Shown here: one piece after another, positions 1-9,636 of the stretch | Layout: the number at the start of each line of letters is the position of its first letter | Position numbering within the stretch: position 1 is the stretch's first letter | Translations under genes and position numbers: made by a program | Source: Chromera velia | Taxonomy: Eukaryota | Length of the DNA stretch: 52,390 nucleotides | Reading direction: 5' to 3' | Assembly (NCBI GenBank): GCA_018398765.1 | Contig: JAHBMJ010000243.1 | Span: forward strand, 1-52,390 | Notes under the pieces: generated by a model | What the model was told of the DNA's origin: nothing | The model's input: the letters and a program-made list of their open reading frames with translations, nothing else | Databases searched by the model: none

Positions 1-1063
1 AGTTTAATTTGCATGCATGTGATGAAACAAGTTAAGCTCGGTCAAGCTCGTGGCCCCGCAATTGCCTGTGCTCAATTTTTCGCTTGCGCGGACCACCACA
101 AAATGGGCAAAGTGTGATGAAATTTGCTATATAATAATTCGGGACCGATACTCTCGGCCTGCAGAATCCTGCAGATGCCACATGATGCCACTGCATGCAT
201 CATGCATCGTCGATCGATCGTTGCGGGTCGATTGAACTTCGATGATTCGTGACATTTCGTGACTCTGCAAGGCAGTGCGATCATCGACCTCTGTGGGATT
301 CGATCTGCAGGTGGTATGTCACTTTACGTCGACTCTCGGGACTGATCGGGACTGTGCCATTCATTTCACAAGGCAAACTATACGTCTCTGGTAGCTGTGG
401 TGTACACGTGAGTCACTGTTGTCCCAAGGAATCAAGTAAAAACGCGGTCACAAAGCACTTTCGGATCGTCTGTGTACTTGGAGGTGTCTCGGTGTCTTCG
501 ATTTGTAGAGTCCGAGCTCGGTTGATCTTCGACCTTGATCGGAAACTTCGTTTACTCCTTTGTCAGGTTGCGGAACCAGGGAGGCATCTCTCATCTCTGC
601 TGGGTTCAAGCAAGGGAGAATTTCAGAGCCATATAGCGGCTTCGCGTGCGGTCTGTCTCGGTGACCTCGCCCGTTGCCGAACCTCTGCTTCAAGTCGCTG
701 CCGACTGAGTTTGGCTTTTCGTCTCGAGGGGAAGTCTCTTCTCTGGATCGCGTTCCTCTTGTTAGGGCTGGAAAAAGCTTCGTTCGCTGCTCGCTGCCCA
801 AGTCCTTCGTTCTCTGCAGGACTGTTTTGTCTCCAGTGCCATGAGCGACCTGTCGCGAGTGTCTTCTCCTGAGGTCAGTGAGTGCCTGTGTGGAGACTTC
901 CCCCCAGCGGTGTTCAAAAGTTTACTCCTTGAAAGATTGTTTGCAAACCATCCGCTCATGAATTGACTCATGTGCGTTGTTTGATTTCCTGCAGAGATCT
1001 CTGAGGCCGGGTTCTGGTTGTCTCTCTGGTTGGAAATTTTGCTCGATTCATCGATCGTTCGTA

Positions 1064-3256
1064 ATGGAGGCAAACGCGGGGGGCGGTGTGCTTTTTGCTT
1101 GCACTGGGGTGGAGCCTCGGGAGGGGCAGATGCTGGTGGTCGTTGGGAGCAGCTCTGAACTCGGAGAGTGGGACGCAAGTCGCAGTACCGCTCTCTACCG
1201 AGTGAAGAACCCTGCCTTCTCAGGAGTGTGGATGTCGTTTCCGATGCATCACACCACGTGCTCTCATGTGCGATTTCAGTTTGCCCTGGTCGAATTGGGC
1301 TCGTCATCGCGTGAAGCAATGCCTCTGTCCGATCATGGGTCGACTCAATGGTCTCAGAGCGCTTTCCAAGTCACCTCTGCACTCTCAGCAGCAGGTTCCC
1401 CGAACGGTCGAAGTCAGGACTGTTTTGGGTGCGTCTGGGAGCCTTTGGGGTGTGGGCCGCGGGAGGTGGAGGTTGTGAATGGTGGGTTTGCGTTGTTTGG
1501 TGGGCGATGGGGAGAGGGGGAGACGCAGGTGACTCCGTTAGCACTGGAAGACATGGTGTCAGCGCAACAGCACTTCGAAGTCTCTGAGCACCCGCCACCC
1601 TCTGTCTCCCCAGAGTTCGTACCCGAGACCGGCAGGGAGAAGGAGATAGGGGGAACGCATGGCGGAAAGAGCCTCGGGGGTCCTTGTGAGGGCCATTGTG
1701 TGGTCCGTGACGTCCCTGTAGAGAGTGACTCTGCCTCGCCTTCTCTCTCTGCACTGCCCTCTGTCCGCTCACACAGAGAGAGTGGAAAGGGAAAAGAGAC
1801 GGAGGGTGGAACGGGTCCGTATGTACAGTTTGAGAATGATCGTCTCATTTGCAGAGGCAGGGTGTCGTTGCAGCACGATGTTGAGAATGCGAACACTCTA
1901 ATTTCATCTGCTGAGTCTGCTGAGTGTGATGGGGTGTCTGTTTCTCGGGGTCGTCTTGAGACGTCTGCTTCTGTGTTTATGCGGAGGCAAGAGGGTGGGG
2001 TGAACGGACTGAAAAGAGGGTATGAAGACAGTGACAGTCATGAGGCACTCCGATTTGCACCTGCATCTCTGAAGAATGGGCGGGGGGTGGGCAGGAAAGA
2101 GTGGAATTTCCTGGGAGGGCCTGGGAAGAATGCAGGGGGTGTGAATGGTGTGACCGGTGGATGCGATGTTGTGCCTGGTTCTGGTCTGTTGGTCGGAGAG
2201 AGTGACTCGATCTCCCAACAGCTATCTGTAGAGGGGCAGTCGCTGTGCTCGTCTGCCGCGTGTGGGGGATCAAAACGCCGCCGTGTCTCTTCTCTTTCCG
2301 CTTCAGTTTCCGAATCGCAGTCAGACAAGGGAAGCCGTCAAGTGAATTTGGCGAGAGAAAGAAATGTTTCTGCACACACCTTTCCGACAGTCCCGCAACT
2401 TCCGAACACCCGTCTATCATCCTTCAACGATAGAGTGGCTGAGCAGGGCGGGGGGCATGAGACGAGTCATCGAGATCATTTGAAGAGAAAAGTTGAAGAA
2501 GTGGGAGAAGGGGGGGAGCAGGGAATGAACACGAGTCTTCAGAACGCAGACCTGTGTCTCCACGGCTGTTCTCGCAGTCACAACAAAGAGGGTGGCAGTG
2601 GGGACAAGGGTGTGTCCGTGAGGAGGGAAGGGGGAGAGAGAGGACACGTCGGGGAGGTCAACAGAGACAAGCACGGACGGATCCTCTGTAGACATGGACG
2701 CATTCGCTCACGATGCAAAGAGTGCGGAGGTGGGAGCATCTGTGAGCACGGCCGACGACGATACGAGTGCAAGGAGTGTGGAGGCAAGGGCATCTGTGAG
2801 CACGGCCGCATTCGCTCTCAGTGCAAAGAGTGCGGAGGTGCGAGCATCTGTGAGCACGGCCGCCGACGACGCGAGTGCAAGGAGTGTGGAGGGAAGGGCT
2901 TTTGTGAGCATGGTCGACAGCGCTCTCAGTGCAAGGAGTGTGGAGGGAAGGGCATCTGTGAGCACGGCCGCATTCGCTCTAAGTGCAAAGAGTGCGGAGG
3001 TGCGAGCATCTGTGAGCACGGCCGACGACAATACGACTGCAAGGAGTGTGGAGGGAAGGGCCTTTGTGAGCACGGCCGGAAGCGCTCACATTGCAAGGAG
3101 TGCGGGGGGAAGTGCATATGTGAGCACGGCAGGCAGCGCTCACGTTGCAAGGAGTGCGGAGGTGGGAGCATCTGTGAGCACGGCCGACGGCGCTCTCAGT
3201 GCAAAGAGTGCGGAGGAAAGTGCATCTGTGGGCACGGGCGCATTCGCTCTCAGTGA
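1064..3256 (+). CDS. CBM20 (starch-binding) domain plus tandem 18-aa CxHG...CxxC zinc-finger-like repeat protein; intronless; ends at a TGA, but the frame continues to 3514
   Basis: First ATG is at 1064 (MEANAGG). The N-terminus VLFACTGVEPREGQMLVVVGSSSELGEWDASRSTALY...GVW...VRFQFALV matches the CBM20 pattern (VVGSxxELGxW). A low-complexity linker follows, then CEHGRxRSxCKECGGxxI repeats. Confidence 0.8.
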   Translation: MEANAGGGVLFACTGVEPREGQMLVVVGSSSELGEWDASRSTALYRVKNPAFSGVWMSFPMHHTTCSHVRFQFALVELGSSSREAMPLSDHGSTQWSQSAFQVTSALSAAGSPNGRSQDCFGCVWEPLGCGPREVEVVNGGFALFGGRWGEGETQVTPLALEDMVSAQQHFEVSEHPPPSVSPEFVPETGREKEIGGTHGGKSLGGPCEGHCVVRDVPVESDSASPSLSALPSVRSHRESGKGKETEGGTGPYVQFENDRLICRGRVSLQHDVENANTLISSAESAECDGVSVSRGRLETSASVFMRRQEGGVNGLKRGYEDSDSHEALRFAPASLKNGRGVGRKEWNFLGGPGKNAGGVNGVTGGCDVVPGSGLLVGESDSISQQLSVEGQSLCSSAACGGSKRRRVSSLSASVSESQSDKGSRQVNLARERNVSAHTFPTVPQLPNTRLSSFNDRVAEQGGGHETSHRDHLKRKVEEVGEGGEQGMNTSLQNADLCLHGCSRSHNKEGGSGDKGVSVRREGGERGHVGEVNRDKHGRILCRHGRIRSRCKECGGGSICEHGRRRYECKECGGKGICEHGRIRSQCKECGGASICEHGRRRRECKECGGKGFCEHGRQRSQCKECGGKGICEHGRIRSKCKECGGASICEHGRRQYDCKECGGKGLCEHGRKRSHCKECGGKCICEHGRQRSRCKECGGGSICEHGRRRSQCKECGGKCICGHGRIRSQ

Positions 3257-3480
3257 AAAGAGTGCGGAGGTGGGAGCATCTGTGAGCATGGCCGACGACG
3301 ATGCGGGTGCAAGGAGTGTGGAGGGAAAAGCATGTGTGAGCACGGCCGCCAGCGCTCACGGTGCAAGGAGTGCGGATGGAAGAGCATTTGTGAGCATGGA
3401 CACATTCGGTCACGTTGTAATATCTGCGGAGGGAAGGGCTTCTGCATTCATGACAAAGACTTTCGATCCTCCAACGAGTG
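2687..3480 (+). repeat. Coding tandem repeat, 54-nt (18-aa) unit, 14 full copies plus a degenerate 15th
   Basis: Units tgtgagcacggccg...tgcaaggagtgtggagg recur every 54 nt. The 11th unit contains TGA in place of TGC. Confidence 0.95.
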
Positions 3481-6400
3481 TAATCTGATTTCCTCCGCAG
3501 ACTGTGCACCTTGACTTTCCAGTTGGCGGTTCCCGCCTATTTTCTCTTCTCTTCCTTTTTCCCTGTCTCTGTTGATTGGAACATGCAAACAAGCAGACCT
3601 TATGATCTGTTTGACCTGAGACGAAAGGGATCGAGCAATCGGGTTCTGACTGTCCTCTGTACTTTTCGGTCTTCTTTCTCCTCGTTTGTTTGCGAGGGAT
3701 GGATGGATGTGTGGGTTTGGGAAGACCATCAAGAGACAAGAGTGGTGGGAGCTANGGGGGGGGGGGGGGGACAGACGTGGAACAGCAGAAAGGCAGTTGC
3801 TTGGGGACCACGATTCCGTTTTCTTCATTTCTCGTTGTTTTTTTTTCCTTCTCGTGATTGAAGATTCGGGACGTTCCTTCCACAGTGACTCTCTCTGCTT
3901 TCTTCCCTTCTTACTTTGCTTCTTTGGGGCCGGGTCTTTTCCTCCCCTCAGCTCCGTCTGCTTGCACTGTTGCCTTCCCTTTTCCGAGAAATTGTTTTGA
4001 TCGATTAGTTCTCGGAGACTCCATTTGTCATCCATTGACCTTCTTCTTCTTCCGCAGCGGACCTCTCTTTATTCTGTCCAGGCATCTTTGCCATGCATTG
4101 TTTGTCTAGTTGTTGCATCTTCTTGTCCCTGTATATTTGGGCATCTTCTCTCTAGAGGATCGTCTGTATCTTATGTGTGTGTTTCTAGATCGGGATTGGC
4201 GCTTAATCCATTGATCGTCTGTCGATCATCTTTCTTCTTGTCCGTCCCTGTCATGCTTTGTTTGACAATTCATGCGTTCCCTTTGCATGTCCTTGCGCTC
4301 CGCTTCATGCTTTCTTTCTCTCTCTTTGTCCCTCTCCCCCTTTCCCTGTGTGTGCATGTAAATGCGTATGTGCATGTCGTTGTCGGTGCAGTTGCCCCTT
4401 GGTTTTTGTTTTTACCGTCTGTCTGCCAGACTGAAAGTTTCTGTCTCGCACGGTCATTATTGTCATTTTCTCTTGTGTCTTCCTCGAAAGGGAGATCCAC
4501 AACTCCACTCACACTGGCGGGCAGAGCTATTGACTGCTCAGGTACAGGGGTCCACCCACCTTTGCTGTGTCAGGTAAATCACGATTCACTATTGTTTGTG
4601 CAGCACAGTGTCACGTCTGTGTTATCGTTTGATTCTGGAACTTTCAAACCGTCACAATCATTCGAGTGACCAATTGATGTAATTAAAACAGTGAGGTCAC
4701 GATCACGGTTCTTTCTTTGATACCATCACAATGATATGAACTCCGTTTTTGTTTTTTTACTTGTATTCACGGTCTGCATGATGTATGCACCTTGATTTTT
4801 TCAACTTGAATTGAATTTAATTGAGGTGGTTCAGGCCGGTGAGCTTGCGATATATATGATTGGGCTTGAGATCTAGCCTGAGATATACTTAGAGATATAT
4901 ATATTTATTCTTATACGGTTTTTTCATTAGACATATCCAGGGACGTCTAGTGTTTTCTTTTATTTTTTTTCTTTTCGAGTCTCTCTTTTTCTCTGCTAAA
5001 TTAAGTTCTCTAGGAAGTTGTTAAAATTTTTAATATATCTATCTACATCCTAAACACCTAAACGCACGTTAAAAATTTGGATATATCCTAACTTTTTATA
5101 ACTTTTTGATATGTTGGAACCATCAAATTAGAATTGTGGGGGGCGAAGGCAGTAAAGCCCTTGATCGATCTACAGTTTACACAAGAGCACTCTATTACAT
5201 TAAACACTCGATTACCAAAGCTAGCAATAAAGTGGAAGTACTCAAAAAATATGAACAAAAATATAATTATATCTTTGCTAATTAAAGTAACGTTTTACGG
5301 TTTTATAGTTTCATTTAGTTTCATTATACACAGTAAAGATTATAAAATGAAACTTTGAACTTTATGTTTCATTTTTATTAGTATTATCATAAATCATATT
5401 CTAGGCTAGGCCCTAGAGCCTAGATATAAGTTATGAAGATTTTTATCCGTCGGCGTAACTTTCTCGGTCCTTTTAAAGACTCCTTTGATCAGTGCTCAGT
5501 AATTTTCTCAGTTAGGTTTGATCCAGGGGGCATAACTTTTTCGGTAGGGTTTGATTCGAGGGCGGTCGGTGGTAGTGGGTGGGCGAGCCACAGGCGCCGA
5601 AGGTGCCCAAACATGCGCTGCCCTGCATCGGAGCGCGCCTGGCGCTCGCGCCCAGAGCCTCGTGCGGATGTTAGAAATTTCCCAGGGCCCATGCATATTG
5701 TATGTCCCAGAATTTTTGTACCTGCAAAATCAGTGCCAAGCTGCCCTCTGAGGATGAATTTATGCCTCAGAGGGCGCGTCATAGTGTTATTTACGGTGTT
5801 GCACCTAGTGTTGCACACGGTTGTTCATGCAGCGTTGTTTAGAGAGTGTGGAGCACTGTGTCATGTTGAATTCTGACCGTAAACGCGGGAAAAAAAGAAA
5901 GAAACATTTTTTTCCACCACATTCATGCTCAAAGTCTGAACGTTGACTGCCCAATTCTTTGTGGATCTCTTTTTTCAAAACGACCGCCTAAGTTGTGACG
6001 TTTGCGTGATCTAACTTGTGTATGCAGACTGACTATGACTACGTAAAGCATGAAAAGAACTGAAGAGAACTGAGTAGCGTTTCCCCTTCTAACTTCTTCA
6101 ACTTCTTGGTAGAGATCACCTCAACTTATGCTGCAACTATGCTGCAGTTTTCATCCTTCTTTCTCACTTTAAAAAACGCACTGGCTGACCATTTTGTTCC
6201 TTTGAACAAGCAAGCGAAGATTTAAGCCGTGCATGACTTAATTTTTCGTGAACATACATTGTAAGGCCGGCATGGATCATCCAAACGACTTGGCAGGCAG
6301 AGGCAGATCTGGAGCTCTTCTCTCCCTCCAGCAACCATGTCAACATGGCTCTAACCCTGAAGGAAGCTTGGACTCTTCGTACCTTTCTTCTCTCCTGCTT

Positions 6401-7429
6401 CGGAATTAACGACGCCCCTTCTGCCATCACTTTAGCGTCGGTGAAACCCCTCTCTACCAACTTTACTTCCACCCAACCTCCCGCAACCAGTATTTCCCTT
6501 TCCAACTCTGTTTCCAAAGGATCTCCCTGAACAAACCCTTCCCTCCCTCTCTTTCAACAGTCCGGGCAGACATCTAAACGCCAAGTGCAGCCAACAATGT
6601 AGCACATCCTCCAAAAGTTCGCACAGGGGGGGGCCAAGAAGCCGAAGACAGGGAATGAGAAGGAAGAATCGTTTTCCAACAAACCCAAGGGGACCGTAGG
6701 GTCAAAAAAACTGACGAGAGAGGAGATCATGCAGAAAAGGGACGTGGTTTGTCTGCTTGATGAACTTCAGAAAGTGAAAGACATTGAGCTCCTCCTAGGT
6801 CCTGAAGCCATCTACTGTAAACCGGAAATTGGATTGTGCAGGCGCTTTACGCTCCTTGTTGCAGTACTTATGTTTGCAAGTTTGTTTGTAGTTGTGTTGG
6901 TAGACTTGGGTCTGCCTACCATGATCGTCGTTCTCTATGTGTATGTCCATGAGCCTTTGAATGTATGGACGAACCTTGAGTATTTCCAGTTCGAGGCAAC
7001 TCGGACTGGAGTACTTATGGCTCCTACTGCAGACCTCCCTCACGAGAGGCTGCGAAAAAGGGGACCAGGGGCCTCGTTTTTCCTTCTCGGCTGGGTTGGG
7101 GGGGCAATCTTTGCTTCCGTGGGACGTGGTCTCCTCTTGGTGGGGTGGGGGGCAGCGGCAGCAAAGCCCCTGCCCCTCTGGCTGATGCTGCCTGAGCATG
7201 TCAGACTTTATGCTGGCTTTGTTGGCTTCCCTGCTGGGGCTTTAGCTTTTTCTCTCTGGCTGTTTGTGCTGCTGTTGTTACTGGGTAGGGAAGGGAAGAA
7301 ACAGCGGGTGTAGCATCACCTGGGGGCCTGCTTGCGCGGCCTGTTCGTCTTTCTTTTGATGCTGAACATCTCAATTTTGAAGACCAACACCCTCGGTGAG
7401 TGTGAAAGCCAATGGCTGTGCAGTCTTGA

Positions 7430-8480
7430 ACGTGAGAACTGCTCAAAGCGATCATCGTCCGACTGAATCCTATTTCCACTCTCCCTTCTCTCAGACAGTA
7501 CCTCGAAGTTCGTGCTTGTCGGGAACCATCGACAGCTCCCCCCATACACCTCAAGCCAGTATGCCGAAGAAGCAAGAGGGTGTCGGTATCTTCACATACG
7601 CTAGGAGGAGGACAGCAGCTCCCAAAAAGTCTCTGTCGTAAAACTAGTCAAGCAGCACCGACAGGATCCCCCGCTCTCCGCCCTTACTCGCCTACAGTAC
7701 GGTGAGGACCTGCAGGATGACTCTCGAGAGTCTTGCAAATCGAAAGCCTCATCCATCCCGTTTTTGGCGTTTTCCCTCCGGTCGCTTTCATCGATATCCA
7801 AGGAGGAAAGTTGGTGAAGAAAGTCAGCAAGAAAGCCAAGGGAAAGTCTTGCCAAAATTCTGAGGAAGAGAGTGCTATCGTCGAGATGGTCGCCGCCTTT
7901 GCCCTTCTACACCAGCAGATAAACGCCAACCGTCCATACACTAGACAATCAACTTCCTCCACTGGAAGACATGCTGGTCGTGCTGACCTTCTACAATGCC
8001 GCCCGCGAAGAGATTAAAGAACAAATCAAGAATTTGAACCTCTCGCCCGTGCAAGTCAGAAATATCGATGCCTACCAAGCGTAAGAGAAGGACTGCGTGC
8101 TTCTGTCAACAACCTGAATCACAAATGAGAAATTAAGCATATGACGAGTTTCTTACAGCTCATGCAACAGTGCAAGAACACCAAAAAGGAGAAGGATGTG
8201 AAGCAAAAAGTTCTGGGGTTCTCGGACTTGCGCTATAGAGTGAACACCGCCATATCGAGGCCCAAGAGACATTTTTACTTCTTTGGAAACGAAAGAACAC
8301 TAACCACATTCGAGCCCGGCGCCCACTCTAAAGATGTACGTCGATCTCCTCCCTGCAGAAGAACAACGCCATCCATGTTGTGTAAGTGGGCAAGAGTGCT
8401 GCTGAGTCGCTTTTTAGCGACTCCAAGTTAGTCTGGTGGGACTTGTTTGGTCACTTGCTGAAGAATCCGGGTATCGATCG
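7430..8480 (+). pseudogene. Degraded superfamily-1 helicase (UPF1/DNA2/SEN1-like, AAA_11/AAA_12 region) with stops and frameshifts
   Basis: Manual translation gives motifs in canonical order across shifting frames: ENCSK...ILFPL (DEAxQ-like); KFVLVGNHRQLPP (7506-7544; canonical GDHxQLPP); LVKQHRQDPPLS...LQYGEDL (QYRMHP-like); GKSCQNSEE; LTFYNA; VRNIDAYQA*EKDCVLLS (TAA at 8082-8084); GFSDLRYRVNTAISRPKRHFYFFGN; WWDLFGHL. Confidence 0.8.
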
Positions 8481-9343
8481 GGAGGAGTCTGATCATATAG
8501 ATCCTTCCACGGCTCAGCAGAGTGTCTACCTACCAGGATTGCTTCATGTGGGAGTTCCAAGCGAACTCTCATATCCCAGCTTCGGTCCTATAATGCAGAA
8601 AAAACTCCACCGACATGCAGCGCCTCCGTTGGCGGGGGTAACTCCCGAAAAAGATATCGAGGCGGGTCCTCTTCATAGAGGTCGAGAGTCAGAGGGGGCA
8701 GCTAAAGCACTGGGGGGATATGCGGTAAGGGGGGAGTCTGCTGCTTCCCCCGGCCCCTGGTGTTGGCAAGGCGACGGGGTGGCCCTCAGAGCCCTCTAAT
8801 TTGTGGACCAGCTCTTCCATGGAGAGTAAGGGAGCGGACCTCCAAGTCAAGGACAATCGAAGACAATTAAGGTAAGACTGGCCGGCCAACCAAAATTGAC
8901 AGAAGTGGTATATGAGTGCTGAATACAGAGAAAAAACATCCGAACCAGTGAGGCAATAGAATTTAAATACAGAGAGGGATACGCTCTCGTAACTGTTTTT
9001 TTCTCTGTGCATTTTTGAGATGATTGAATTTTTCTAGTCCAGTGAAGCTTGACTGCATACCCCATAAAGCATATCATATTCTCATACTTTGTACACATTG
9101 TTCTCAAATTCTAATTTCTCTTACTGAATTCCAGTTGTATGTGCTTTTTGACTCGAGTTTGTTACCACTATGAATACAGAAGACTCTCTTGCAACGTTCT
9201 CGGTGCACAGTGTGACTGCAGTGCTTGATTGCATGTCCTCTCCATTTTGCCTTACATCCATCACTTTGATTCTGTGAAGATTGCCTCCATTGAATGTTAT
9301 GAATCTCTTTGTTTCTCCTTGGTTCCTGCTCTTGTACTATATT

Positions 9344-9636
9344 ATCAGTAGGTTAACTCGTTAATCATTATGGTATCATTATAGTGACTATAAAATCTTC
9401 ATAATCATTATGGGTGGTCTTATGAAAAAAATGAGAATTTAAAGGAGTTTTATAGCTAAAAAGATTCATCTTTATGAGACAAATCAACTTGTTTAAACCG
9501 TTTTTTGAGAAAGTGATATTTGGGTGAGAAATCGGCTTCCAAAGTTAGGTGACCCCCCATAATCATTGTAAAATCCAGAGTCATTATGAAAATTCATAAT
9601 TATTATGAAAGTACCCCTTTGAGTTAACCCACTGAT
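9344..9636. mobile_element. MITE-like element A (about 290 bp) with terminal and internal inverted repeats
   Basis: ATCAGTAGGTTAACTC (9344-9359) matches the reverse complement of GAGTTAACCCACTGAT (9621-9636) at 15/16. An internal inverted repeat 9401-9419 vs 9551-9569 matches at 16/19. Many CATTATG/CATAAT sub-repeats; AT-rich and non-coding. Confidence 0.7.

Noticed and set aside
51..61. TGGCCCCGCAA matching 11407-11417 in inverted orientation, as ends of an 11-kb element
   Set aside because: Only 11 bp, with no extension or target-site duplication; could be chance.
2687..3480. Regularly spaced repeats resembling a CRISPR array
   Set aside because: They are 54-nt in-frame coding repeats with codon-type variation, no unique spacers and no cas genes, in a eukaryotic context.
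3602..3640. SECIS-like hairpin (AUGA...AAA loop) downstream of the TGA-containing gene
   Set aside because: A stem can form, but the 3' GA needed for the non-Watson-Crick quartet is missing at the required position. It is not a canonical SECIS by eye.
3755..3770. N followed by poly-G
   Set aside because: Likely assembly or sequencing uncertainty at a homopolymer.
4862..5420. Possible degenerate TIR pair (CTAGCCTGAGATAT / ATATTCTAGGCTAG)
   Set aside because: The match is short and gapped in AT-rich DNA, with no target-site duplication; insufficient support.
6729..7313. 194-aa hydrophobic ORF as a membrane protein
   Set aside because: The hydrophobicity comes from the T/G-rich skew of an apparently inverted decayed segment; no family motif is present.
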